Positions 9,865-19,232 of a stretch of 64,000 bases of DNA are shown piece by piece. Origin of the DNA: Candidatus Bathyarchaeota archaeon (GTDB lineage: Archaea > Thermoproteota > Bathyarchaeia > TCS64); NCBI GenBank assembly GCA_050053595.1, contig JASFTK010000001.1, forward strand, positions 25,842 to 89,841. The letters run 5' to 3'. Below the pieces are notes generated by a model. The model saw nothing but the letters and a program-made list of their open reading frames with translations. It did not search any database and was not told the origin of the DNA. The first letter of the stretch is position 1. The number at the start of each line of letters is the position of its first letter. Position numbers and translations under genes: made by a program.

Positions 9865-10890
9865 TTGCACGTAGGTGTCTACTACAGGAACGACGATGTC
9901 AGGGTCGAGGAGATGCCAGTCCCGGAGATTGGGTCCGGGGAGCTGCTGCTGGAGGTCTCGTTGTGCGGGATCTGTGGCAGCGATGTCATGGAGTGGTACA
10001 GGGTCAAGAAGGCCCCAAGGGTCTTGGGTCACGAGGCTGTCGGAGTTGTCAATGATGTCGGTGAGGGCGTCGAAAAGGTCGAGGTCGGAGACAGGGTCTT
10101 CGTCTCCCACCATGTCCCTTGCGGTGAGTGCCGTTATTGCGCGAAAGGGGCTTACACCGCCTGCGAGACCCTCCACTCCATCAACATAGATCCAGGGGGA
10201 TTCGCCGAGTACGTCCGGGTCCCCGCCATCAATGTCGACTACGGCATATTCCCTCTCCCCGACAACGTTACGGATGAGGAGGGGGTCTTTATCGAGCCCT
10301 TGGGATGCGTCGTCAGAGGCCAGGAAAGGCTGGACATCCGCCCTGGGGACACTGTTCTGGTCCTGGGGAGTGGAGTCTCAGGGATCCTCCACATCCAGCT
10401 CGCCCGCCATATGGGGGCCTCAAAGGTCTTGGCCACTGACATCCAGGAGGCGAGGCTGAAGTATGCCGAGCAATTCGGGGCAGATGATGCTATAGATGCC
10501 CGTGGTGACGTGCCTGGGGTGGTCCGGAAACTCAATGATGGAGAGGCCGCAGATCATGTCATTGTGAGCACGGCCGCCCTCTCCGCTGTGAAACAGGCCT
10601 TTGAGAGTATCGACGACGGAGGGGATATACTCCTTTTCGCTCCGACGCCGCCGGGAGTTGAACTCCCATTAAACCTGAACGATGTCTGGAGTAGACAGAT
10701 CACCCTGACAACGACCTATGCAGCCGCCCCCGGAGATCTGGAGACTGCCCTTGGGTTGATCCGGTCAGGGTCTATCAACTTTCGCGACATGGTGACCCAC
10801 AGGCTGAGCCTCTGGGAGATACAGGCGGGCTTCAAGCTGGTCGCCGAGGCGAGGGAGTCCTTGAAGGTGGTGGTCAACCCCCATCTGTGA
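9865..10890 (+). CDS. zinc-dependent alcohol/threonine/sorbitol dehydrogenase (MDR family)
   Basis: GHEAVG, the CGxCxxC structural-zinc motif and a GSGVSG Rossmann motif. The track ORF start at 9388 overlaps the aldolase gene and is rejected. TTG at 9865 gives the expected N-terminus (M)HVGVYY. Confidence 0.8.
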   Translation: MHVGVYYRNDDVRVEEMPVPEIGSGELLLEVSLCGICGSDVMEWYRVKKAPRVLGHEAVGVVNDVGEGVEKVEVGDRVFVSHHVPCGECRYCAKGAYTACETLHSINIDPGGFAEYVRVPAINVDYGIFPLPDNVTDEEGVFIEPLGCVVRGQERLDIRPGDTVLVLGSGVSGILHIQLARHMGASKVLATDIQEARLKYAEQFGADDAIDARGDVPGVVRKLNDGEAADHVIVSTAALSAVKQAFESIDDGGDILLFAPTPPGVELPLNLNDVWSRQITLTTTYAAAPGDLETALGLIRSGSINFRDMVTHRLSLWEIQAGFKLVAEARESLKVVVNPHL

Positions 10891-10963
10891 GTGGGGACAG
10901 AGTCTCCTCTGGTCGCCAGTTAGACCATCAATCTTTAATTCTTGGAGACCAGGTTCATTTCAA

Positions 10964-11431
10964 GTGATCCCATTGAAAACCTCAAAGCTTGTCGGTGTAA
11001 TGGCGCTCTTGGTCCAGATAGGCTCAGCTGTGGCCTTCGTACTGAGCATCATGACTGTCTATGGTGTACTCACCAGCGCTCTCGGTGGAGGCATGATGTT
11101 CCAGATGGAGGTGGACCAGACAACGGGGGCGGGGACCCTTGCTCTAGAACTTCAGCCGAGCAACCCAGGAGTCTTAGACGCTGATTTCTCCTTTGGCCTG
11201 AGCCTACTTGACTCTGAGGGGGAACCAGTAGCAAGTGACTCGGGGTCGTTATCTCTAACAGCAGGGGGTTCAGGGACGCTCAACCTGGTCCTTGAGGTCC
11301 CTCGGGAGGACTTTGAGAGGATCTATAACGAAGGGGAGAGTTCACTGGAGATCAGCGTGTCCCTCCGGACTCTATACGATCTGGTAGGTATCTCCGACAC
11401 CTTCACCATCCCGCAGGGGGGTCAACGATGA
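10964..11431 (+). CDS. hypothetical membrane-anchored protein
   Basis: One N-terminal TM helix then a Ser/Gly/Leu-rich soluble domain. Overlaps the next gene by 4 nt (ATGA), suggesting an operon. Confidence 0.5.
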   Translation: MIPLKTSKLVGVMALLVQIGSAVAFVLSIMTVYGVLTSALGGGMMFQMEVDQTTGAGTLALELQPSNPGVLDADFSFGLSLLDSEGEPVASDSGSLSLTAGGSGTLNLVLEVPREDFERIYNEGESSLEISVSLRTLYDLVGISDTFTIPQGGQR

Positions 11432-11919
11432 GCAGGCGATCCAGCGCCATAATATCAGCGACCATAACCCTCATCATTTTCACCGTGCTCCCCCTCTACG
11501 TCCCTAGCTTGTTACCACCCCAATATCTGGAGAAGGTCGCGGAGTTCGGGATAGACATAGGCCAGTTTACTACCCAGATAGCTGTGATCGGGGGGGTCGT
11601 GGCCCTGCTGACTCTGGTTAAAGGGTTCGTGGCACTTCATTCCCCCATATACCTGTTGGCGGCCCTCGCGTCAAGCGTTGTGACCCTCTTCTTCACCGTG
11701 ACCGCCGTCAGCCTCGGGAGGCTCGATGAGTTGGGTAACTTGGGGTTGACTTCTATAACCGTCGATGTGGAGGGCAGCCTCAACCATATTGTCCTAGATT
11801 TCAGGATATTCGTCCAGCTCACTGCAGTGGGTGTGATCTTGAAGATGATTGAGACCGTGCTGACCTTCATGGAGGCTAGACAGGAGAAGGCCCTATCTCA
11901 GAGTCCTTCAACGGGTTAA
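11428..11919 (+). CDS. hypothetical polytopic membrane protein
   Basis: 163 aa with about 4 predicted TM helices. Translationally coupled to the upstream ORF. Confidence 0.5.
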   Translation: MSRRSSAIISATITLIIFTVLPLYVPSLLPPQYLEKVAEFGIDIGQFTTQIAVIGGVVALLTLVKGFVALHSPIYLLAALASSVVTLFFTVTAVSLGRLDELGNLGLTSITVDVEGSLNHIVLDFRIFVQLTAVGVILKMIETVLTFMEARQEKALSQSPSTG

Positions 11920-11944
11920 GTTGTATTCCCCCTTCCGAGGGGGC

Positions 11945-12700
11945 TCAGAATAGGATGGAGAGACAGGTCAGGGCTCCGTCGCATTTCTCTATCTCGCTCA
12001 CGTCCATAGGTATGACATGGTAACCGGCCTCCCGGACCATAGCGTGAGACTCTGGGTAACCCTTTGGCATCAACACGGTGTCATCCACAGTCAGGGTGTC
12101 CGCAGCATACTCCTCCCCCTCCGGGACCCTTAGGACCTTGAGACCATTCAAGGCGGGGTGATCCGCGTATCTGGCTGTAGCGATCACCCTGCCATTCCCG
12201 AGGCTGGTGATATAGCTTTTGAGGTGCATTATGCCTGGATCCTCAATTGTGTCGACCGTGATCCCCAGCCAATCCCTCATCTGGGCGACCCCCTCGAGGT
12301 TGGTCCTCTGAGTGAGACCGCATATCAACCGGTCTGGGAGATGGATCACATCTCCCCCTTCGATGGTTGCCGGGGCCTCCGCCCACCTGACGGGCATGTA
12401 CTCTTCAAGGACCGCTGCCACCCCAGGCTGCTCCCCTCTCCTGCCCTCCTTGGCCATACGGCAGATGAGCGCCTTCCCCCTGTAGACCACTGCGTTATCC
12501 TCTACAAAACAGGAGTCGGGGAGTACATCGTCTCGCGATACCCGTATCACCTCCAGTCCCAGCTCCGAGAGGACCTCGCAATACCTCGCATGCTGTTCTC
12601 TGGCCTTCGACAGGTCTAGGGTATGATGGAGGGGATGGGAGGAGATGCATCCCTTGTAGCTGTTCCCTGGTTCCCTCACCAGAGCACGCCTGTAATCCAT
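11945..12700 (-). CDS. dimethylarginine dimethylaminohydrolase-like (amidinotransferase superfamily)
   Basis: The C-terminal catalytic Cys motif CDGALTCLSILF and overall DDAH / arginine-deiminase-like similarity. Confidence 0.7.
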   Translation of the reverse strand: MDYRRALVREPGNSYKGCISSHPLHHTLDLSKAREQHARYCEVLSELGLEVIRVSRDDVLPDSCFVEDNAVVYRGKALICRMAKEGRRGEQPGVAAVLEEYMPVRWAEAPATIEGGDVIHLPDRLICGLTQRTNLEGVAQMRDWLGITVDTIEDPGIMHLKSYITSLGNGRVIATARYADHPALNGLKVLRVPEGEEYAADTLTVDDTVLMPKGYPESHAMVREAGYHVIPMDVSEIEKCDGALTCLSILF

Positions 12701-12754
12701 TGGATTCCCTCAACAATGTGCACCCTTCCCTTGATATAAAATCCTTGAGAACAG

Positions 12755-13330
12755 TCAGGCATTCAGCATCAGCATTGCAGCACCATTCACTACAGCATGA
12801 CCCACGACGCACCCTAGGATGCTCCGGGTTCTGAGGAAGACAATGCCGTTCAGGAATCCTAGGAGGAATACCGGTATCAGGAGGAGGGGGAACCCCGCTC
12901 TGACATGTCCATGATGGACCGCCGTGAAAAGGGCGGTCTGTATGAGGTTAAGGGCGAGATTTCGGGTTGAAAGCACTGCCCCCTTATCTGAATAATATCC
13001 GAGGAAGAACCCCCTGTAAGCCACCTCCTCATAGACCGGGTACCAGACTATATCCGTAAATATAGCCCAAGCCACAATGGGCTTTGCCCTCAACATCTGA
13101 TAGGTGAGGTGGATGGGGTAGTAAGCTATCAGCACCAAGAGAGCGGCGATGAGCCCCAATATGAGAGATGGGGGTATTGCCTCGGTACTGAGACCCGTAT
13201 GGGAGAGTTCCTCCTTCAAGACCGCCTTGACGAAGAGTAGCGGTAGGAGGATTAGGGGATAGAAAGACCCGTTGAGCCAGAGGGCCAGGAACACCAGCGC
13301 GGCCAGAATCCTCTCTGTTGACGGATCCAA
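12755..13330 (-). CDS. CPBP family intramembrane metalloprotease (CAAX protease)
   Basis: EEVAYRGFF, FTAVHH and GHAVVN motifs within a polytopic membrane protein. Confidence 0.7.
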   Translation of the reverse strand: MDPSTERILAALVFLALWLNGSFYPLILLPLLFVKAVLKEELSHTGLSTEAIPPSLILGLIAALLVLIAYYPIHLTYQMLRAKPIVAWAIFTDIVWYPVYEEVAYRGFFLGYYSDKGAVLSTRNLALNLIQTALFTAVHHGHVRAGFPLLLIPVFLLGFLNGIVFLRTRSILGCVVGHAVVNGAAMLMLNA

Positions 13331-13388
13331 TATCAGATGACCCCACTCTCTCAGTGGGGATCCTTTTAAAAAAACCCGAGGGAAGGGG

Positions 13389-14273
13389 TTAGACCAGCTT
13401 CTCGCCGGCGATCTTTTCGACCGCCTTGATGACGGCCTGGGTCCCCTTCTGTGTCAAGTCCTCAGCCTCGAGGCTCCTGTACATCTGGTGGACGACCGAG
13501 GTCTCTATCAGGGGCATCTTGACTTCTGCCGCTGCCTCCATTATGAGCCTCAGATCCTTGAGGTAGTCCTTGATCTTGAAGCCTGGCTCCATGTCACCCT
13601 TGAGCAGCCTCGCGCCGTTGTTGGTCAGCTGCCAGCTCCCTGCTGCACCGCCTGAGACCGCTGCGTGACATTTCTCAAGGTCCGCTCCAGACTTCTTGGC
13701 GAACATCAGAGCCTCGGCGACCCCCAGCATTGCGGTTCCCACCAGGATCTGGTTGACCAGCTTCACGGTCTGGCCCATCCCATTGCCTCCGACGTGGGTT
13801 ATCGTCTTCCCCATCGCCTCGAAGACGGGGAGGGCTTCATTGAAAGTCTCCGGGTCCCCACCGACCATGATGCTCAGGGTGCCGTTCTGGGCGCCGATGG
13901 CCCCACCGCTAACAGGGGCGTCCAGCATCCTTACGCCCTTCTCTCCAAGCCTCTCCGCGATATCCCTCGTAACCGCCGGGGAGATAGTGCTCATATCGAT
14001 GACGATATCACCGGTACTGGCCCCATGTATCACCCCCTTGGAGCCCATGATGACCTCCTCGACATCAGGGGAGTCAGTGACAATTGATAGGATAATCTCC
14101 GAGGCCTCTGCCACCTCCTTGGGGGAGGCGGCAGCCTTGGCCCCCGCTTCGACGAGGGGGTCCATCTTAGAAGCCGTCCTATTCCAGACTGTGACGGGGA
14201 AACCCGCCTTGATCAGATTCATGGACATGCCGCTGCCCATGAGCCCGAGCCCAATAAAACCTATTTTCTTCAA
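13389..14273 (-). CDS. 3-hydroxyisobutyrate dehydrogenase / 2-hydroxy-3-oxopropionate reductase family
   Basis: An N-terminal GFIGLGLMG Rossmann motif and NAD-binding 6PGDH-like architecture, 294 aa. Confidence 0.8.
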   Translation of the reverse strand: MKKIGFIGLGLMGSGMSMNLIKAGFPVTVWNRTASKMDPLVEAGAKAAASPKEVAEASEIILSIVTDSPDVEEVIMGSKGVIHGASTGDIVIDMSTISPAVTRDIAERLGEKGVRMLDAPVSGGAIGAQNGTLSIMVGGDPETFNEALPVFEAMGKTITHVGGNGMGQTVKLVNQILVGTAMLGVAEALMFAKKSGADLEKCHAAVSGGAAGSWQLTNNGARLLKGDMEPGFKIKDYLKDLRLIMEAAAEVKMPLIETSVVHQMYRSLEAEDLTQKGTQAVIKAVEKIAGEKLV

Positions 14274-14318
14274 TTTCTCTCGGGGAATAATCCACCCCTA
14301 GCAAGAAAATTCTTTCGC

Positions 14319-14639
14319 CTAGCGACCGACAGTCTTCTTCAGTATGAGCAAGTAATGGTTACCTGCTAGTCCCAGAAGGATCAGGGCTATGCCGATCACG
14401 AGCATTGTGTTAGCCTTCCTAGGGTTGTTTGTGACCTTTGTACTCCTATAAGAGACCAAGAGGCCCCCAACCATGAAAAAAGTGAGGATCATGCTCACGA
14501 TGCTCTCGTTGATAGTCTGCTCACCTATCAAGGGGTGAATTGCAATCCAACTCCCACCCGGACCCGGGACGATGGACGGGGGGTTGTCGAGGATATCGTA
14601 GATGCCCCCGCCGGCGATGAAGGCTGTAAAAACGACCAT
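14319..14639 (-). CDS. small hypothetical membrane protein
   Basis: 106 aa, with 3 hydrophobic segments. Confidence 0.45.
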   Translation of the reverse strand: MVVFTAFIAGGGIYDILDNPPSIVPGPGGSWIAIHPLIGEQTINESIVSMILTFFMVGGLLVSYRSTKVTNNPRKANTMLVIGIALILLGLAGNHYLLILKKTVGR

Positions 14640-14869
14640 AATGATGGCGACTGTGGTGGCGGATATCCTCGGGAGTCGCCTACTGCCTCTACTCAGGTCG
14701 TCGATGAACCTCTTCAGCCGTTCTCCAATTGATGGGATCCCAACAGCCTCCTATCAGGGATGTACTCATGTGACCTCCGGGATATATGGTTTTTTACGAT
14801 CCAACAACCCCTTCACCTCCGGACAACCCTTTAAATCTAGGTCCTACGGAGGATATCGGGGACGAAGGT

Positions 14870-15049
14870 ATGCCACAAAGGGTCACGTGCGCCGAGTGCA
14901 ACCATCTGCTCTACGAAGGGGATATCCTGAAATCACCTCAGGACATCATAAAAAAATACGACGGCCGATGCCCGGAATGCAACCGTGAGCTCAACTTCGA
15001 CAGCACAGGCGTAAGCATCTCCCCCTACACCGAAAACGACAACAACTGA
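14870..15049 (+). CDS. zinc-ribbon protein
   Basis: CAECNH...CPECN forms two CxxC pairs. ATG at 14870 is preferred over the track start at 14786. Confidence 0.45.
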   Translation: MPQRVTCAECNHLLYEGDILKSPQDIIKKYDGRCPECNRELNFDSTGVSISPYTENDNN

Positions 15050-15325
15050 GACAGACAGACCTAAAGACCGGGGAGAGCAGGGTAAGGTCATACCCGACGA
15101 GAGGGGGCGTAAACTAGCGCCAATTACTCTAGACCGGTTAACGAATATTTCGTGTGTGATTAGACACCCTCACTGAATAATGAATCTGGACTGAACATAC
15201 TTGAAGCCCTGTTTCTCCTATAACCTGTTTTTCAGCACTTTTTGAGTCTAATAAGATATTTAGGCGCTTGGTTTGTACTTTTCTAGGACAATAATGCCGC
15301 TCACCATCGGCTTACACTAAAAAGC

Positions 15326-15334
15326 TTATATTTA
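15326..15334 (+). promoter_or_regulatory. TATA box (ttatattta) for MFS gene
   Basis: An A/T hexamer about 30 nt upstream of ATG 15364, consistent with a leaderless archaeal transcript. Confidence 0.45.
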
Positions 15335-15363
15335 TCGTGTTTGTAGAGGTGCCGAAAACTGGG

Positions 15364-16647
15364 ATGTCGGCTCCCTCATTGCGTGAACGCCTTAAAGACA
15401 TGTATTTCGGCTGGTACACCGTGCTCGCCGGTGCCATCATCGCCTGCTGGGGATATGGGAGCTGGTATTATGGGATGAGCGCTCTTTTCACCCCCCTTAT
15501 CGCCGAGTATGGATGGACCCGGGCTCAGCTCTCGGCAGCCTTCAGCATGCGTAGCATCGAGGGGGGCTTGGAGGGCCCCATCGGGGGTATGCTCATCGAT
15601 AGATATGGCCCCAAGAAGATCACAATCATCTCCACGATCATCGCCAGCCTCGGGCTCCTCCTGGTTCTCTTCGTCCGTGACATCTGGCAGTTCGTCATAG
15701 TTTGGGGTTTCGTTGTGAGCCTGGGCTTCAACCTCGGGCTCTATGACACTGTGAACGCAGCTGTGGCGAAGTGGTTCGTGAGGAAAAGAGGGCGGGCGAT
15801 CTCCTTGGTGACCATCGGAGGGGGTCTTGGAGCTCCTGTCGTGGTCCCCGTGATGACGTGGATTATCGTCAACTACGGTTGGAGGTCGGCGTTGATCTTC
15901 GTGTCCCTCTCAACCCTCGTTATCTGTCTACCCCTCGCGTGGTTCTGGATGAAAGATCATCCCCCAGAGCACTACGGGCTGCTCCCTGATGGGGACACCG
16001 TGATAAAGACCTCCGACGTGGAGGATAATGACCGGGAGAACGCCATCGAGGAGTATGAGTTCACCCCCAAACAGGCCCTCAGGACCCGCTCGTTCTGGAC
16101 TATGCTCATCGCCTTCGCCCTCAATGGAGGCATCCTAGCCATGGTAACGATGCACCAGATGCCCTACCTTGAGGACATAGGCATCGATCCTCTTGCAGCG
16201 GCAGGCGTGTTAGGGTTGATGGCTACCATGAGCCTCCCCGGCAGGGTCGTATTCGCGTGGGTGGGGGACCGATGGGGGGAGAGGAGAGCCCTGATGCTCG
16301 GATATGCACTGAAGACCGTGGGCCTCCTGATCTGGACGACAGCCCGGACCATCCCCCAGATAATGGTGTTCGTCGTCCTCTTTGGCCTGGGATACGGGGG
16401 AACCATCCCCGTCCAAACCTCCCTCAGGGCCAGTTTCTTCGGCAGGAAGGCGTACGCCACCATCACAGGCTACACCACCTTTTTCACGGCACTCACCAAC
16501 ATCGTATACCCCATCTTCGCTGGCTGGACCTATGATGTAACGGGGAGCTACACGGACGCCTTCCTGATAATTGCAGGGCTCCAGGCCCTAGCCATAGTCT
16601 TCATGTACCTGGCCAAGAAACCACAGCCCCCACCCTCTGATCCCTAA
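15364..16647 (+). CDS. MFS transporter
   Basis: A 12-TM major facilitator pattern. The start is moved to ATG 15364 downstream of the TATA box. Confidence 0.8.
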   Translation: MSAPSLRERLKDMYFGWYTVLAGAIIACWGYGSWYYGMSALFTPLIAEYGWTRAQLSAAFSMRSIEGGLEGPIGGMLIDRYGPKKITIISTIIASLGLLLVLFVRDIWQFVIVWGFVVSLGFNLGLYDTVNAAVAKWFVRKRGRAISLVTIGGGLGAPVVVPVMTWIIVNYGWRSALIFVSLSTLVICLPLAWFWMKDHPPEHYGLLPDGDTVIKTSDVEDNDRENAIEEYEFTPKQALRTRSFWTMLIAFALNGGILAMVTMHQMPYLEDIGIDPLAAAGVLGLMATMSLPGRVVFAWVGDRWGERRALMLGYALKTVGLLIWTTARTIPQIMVFVVLFGLGYGGTIPVQTSLRASFFGRKAYATITGYTTFFTALTNIVYPIFAGWTYDVTGSYTDAFLIIAGLQALAIVFMYLAKKPQPPPSDP

Positions 16648-16721
16648 GCAGATTAGCCAAGAAAGCAGGGGGAGATGGGCCTCATAAGAATGAGCAGTAA
16701 GGTCCCTGATTAGGACCGTCC

Positions 16722-18503
16722 TCACTCCGTCTGTTCCCTGCGCAGCACCTTGCCGGGTCTCACACCTGTATGTTGGGCGTCCTTGACGACGAGGATCCCG
16801 TTCACGATGACATGCTCGATCCCCTCAGGGTAGCGTCTCGGGTTCAATTGGTCCCCTTTATCGGTTACCTTCCGGGGATCCAGTACTACGATGTCTGCGT
16901 AGCCGCCCTTCTTTAGGGTCCCTCGGCCTTGGAGGCTGAACTTCTGTGCGGGGAGGCTGGTGACCTTCCTGATCGCCTCCTCCAAGCTGAGGGCTCCCGT
17001 CTCCCTGTAGGCTCTCCTGAGATACCGCGGGAACCCTCCATAGCTGTTCTCGTTGGGCAGATACCATGGCGGGTGTCGGCTCTCCCACTTGTCGTCGACT
17101 GCGAAGGTGTCGATGCCTACCATCCCCTCGGGGTGCTGCATGAACCTGAGCTTGACCCAGTCGTCTCCTCTATCCCTGACCGCCTTGGTTGAGGGGTCCT
17201 CAGAGAGGATTTCCATCAGGGCGTCGAGGGGCTCAACCCCCCTCTCCTCAGCGACCTCCGCCACAGTCTTACCGACGCAATCCTCGGCCTCAGACTCGAC
17301 GATCTCCCTCATCCCCGCCCAGTTGGGAGTGATATTCGGGTTGAGGCGGTACCACTTCCCCGCCCAGATAGCCTCTTTGATCTCCTCCCTGAAGTCCTTC
17401 ATCTTCAGTGCCTCGGCGAACTGCTCTAAGCTCCCGGATATCTTGAGCCACGGGGCCAGGGTGCCTGCAAGCCAGGGACTGGTGTATATCCCCCCGGTTG
17501 AGTGATGGGGGATGAGATCAAAGTTGACATCGATCTCCTCCTCCCGGGCGTCGTCGACGAGCTTGAGTGTCGCCCTCACCGCAGCCTCTTTCATCAGATC
17601 GTTGTCGCCGGGGGTGACATCATAGAGGGAGCCCAGATGGGAGACCTGTACCGGGATACCTGCTTTCCGGCCTATGTCTATAGCCTCGAGTACCCCCTCC
17701 GTCTTGACAGGGGGGAACTCCCCGGGTCTCCGGGCCTTCCTGTGACCCGTCCGGAGGCTATGGCTGGCGTAAACACCGCCGTATCCGGCCGCTACTTTGG
17801 CGCAGGCGAAGAGTTCTTCAAATCCTGCCCATATCCCTGGATCATAGTCCCGGCCCACACTTATGCCCCTGCACCCGTCTTGCATCGCCCTCTCTACATG
17901 CTCTCCCATCTCCTGGACCTCCTGTTCCGTAGCTTCTCGTTTGAAGTCGGCGCCCATTACTAAGCTGCGGATATCACCGTGACCGACCAAAGGGACATAA
18001 TTGGCGCTGATCCCTCCCTTCTCTACCCTCTTGAAGAACTCTCCCAGGGTATGCCAGTCTATCTCCCATCCATAAAGCTCCTTGTGCCGGGCGTTGACCT
18101 CGTCACGGGGGAGGAGACAATCCTTGTAGTACATCCGGGGGGCAATATCCGTCCATAGGTCGGTGAGAACCCAGGGGAGCCCTATCATGTCCCCGAAGGG
18201 GCCAGGGCTGTCCCCGCATTGCCCCCCGATGAAGGTGGTTATCCCCTGCCTCACGAAACCGGGGGCCTCGGGATAGTAGAGGATGCTGAGATCCCCGTGG
18301 TTGTGAACATCGATGAACCCTGGGCAGACCACCAGCCCCTCAGCGTCGATAATGGTCTTGGCGTCGGCCTTGATCTCTCCCTCCACCTTGCCGAGGGCTG
18401 AGATCAGCTCTCCCTTTACGGAGAGGGCGCCATTGTAGGCTGATCCGCCTGTACCGTCGACTATGTTTGCGTTCTTGATGAGGATGTCTAACTCTTCGGC
18501 CAT
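16722..18503 (-). CDS. D-aminoacylase family amidohydrolase (paralog of 6809-8584)
   Basis: 593 aa with FIDVHNHGD, co-linear with the first copy. Shared stretches include KMKDFREEIKEAI and GGISANYVPLVGHGDIRS. Confidence 0.8.
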   Translation of the reverse strand: MAEELDILIKNANIVDGTGGSAYNGALSVKGELISALGKVEGEIKADAKTIIDAEGLVVCPGFIDVHNHGDLSILYYPEAPGFVRQGITTFIGGQCGDSPGPFGDMIGLPWVLTDLWTDIAPRMYYKDCLLPRDEVNARHKELYGWEIDWHTLGEFFKRVEKGGISANYVPLVGHGDIRSLVMGADFKREATEQEVQEMGEHVERAMQDGCRGISVGRDYDPGIWAGFEELFACAKVAAGYGGVYASHSLRTGHRKARRPGEFPPVKTEGVLEAIDIGRKAGIPVQVSHLGSLYDVTPGDNDLMKEAAVRATLKLVDDAREEEIDVNFDLIPHHSTGGIYTSPWLAGTLAPWLKISGSLEQFAEALKMKDFREEIKEAIWAGKWYRLNPNITPNWAGMREIVESEAEDCVGKTVAEVAEERGVEPLDALMEILSEDPSTKAVRDRGDDWVKLRFMQHPEGMVGIDTFAVDDKWESRHPPWYLPNENSYGGFPRYLRRAYRETGALSLEEAIRKVTSLPAQKFSLQGRGTLKKGGYADIVVLDPRKVTDKGDQLNPRRYPEGIEHVIVNGILVVKDAQHTGVRPGKVLRREQTE

Positions 18504-18578
18504 CTCAATCGAGGATAAATGAGCGGAGGAGCGCTTAACCTTTAGGGAGCTCAGGTCCAGACGGTGAGGCGTATCAGC

Positions 18579-18968
18579 TCATTCTTGGACCAGATGCATC
18601 TCGACCCCGTCGGGATCCCTGAAGAAGACAGTCGTCCGGTCTCCTCTACCAGGGATCTTCCTAGGGGGAGAGATGAACTCTATCTTGTCTTTGAGCCTCT
18701 CATACATATCACCCACATCCTCGACGCTGAAACCGATATGCCTGAAGCCGAGGTCTGTCAGCCTCCTCGGAGGTTGGATGGTCTCCTTCCCCTCAGGGAG
18801 GTTCATTAACTCGATCTTGGTCGACCCTAACCTCAGAACGGCGACTCTATCTTTAGGTCTCTGTATGGTCTCCAGATGCTTGAAGCCCAGTAGCTTGTAG
18901 AACCCAATTGAGCGTTCAAGGTCCTTAACAACGATGAGGATGTGGTCGAGAAGACTAGGCGCAGTCAT
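18579..18968 (-). CDS. VOC/glyoxalase family protein
   Basis: LDHILIVVKDLERSIGFY is typical of the glyoxalase / bleomycin-resistance fold. Confidence 0.75.
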   Translation of the reverse strand: MTAPSLLDHILIVVKDLERSIGFYKLLGFKHLETIQRPKDRVAVLRLGSTKIELMNLPEGKETIQPPRRLTDLGFRHIGFSVEDVGDMYERLKDKIEFISPPRKIPGRGDRTTVFFRDPDGVEMHLVQE

Positions 18969-19232
18969 GTTGATCGTTCATCAAAGCCCTATTATGCTTT
19001 AAACGATATCTCTCCCAGCCCGGCCACCTCAGGGATATCGCGTAGATAACTATCACTATAGGCGGATCAGGTAGCTCCCTAGCAACATTAGTAGTATGAG
19101 GACCACGACAAGCTTCTTCAGGATGGTTATGGTTCTGTGGCTGGGTATCTTCTCTTCCTCTCATTCAGGGGGTTTGCGATATCTTAAAAAAGTTTGAGGA
19201 GGGTCTGGACGTCCACACTCCCAAGCTTGGTC

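Noticed and set aside
14602-14988. 128-aa + strand ORF overlapping the small membrane gene and the zinc-ribbon gene
   Set aside because: It is out of frame with the better-supported Zn-ribbon CDS (ATG 14870) and has a basic low-complexity composition.
18955-19164. 69-aa ORF in the spacer between the VOC gene and the M81 peptidase gene
   Set aside because: Arg/His/Pro-rich low-complexity translation with no recognisable domain or RBS/TATA context. It is more likely promoter and terminator space for the flanking minus-strand genes.
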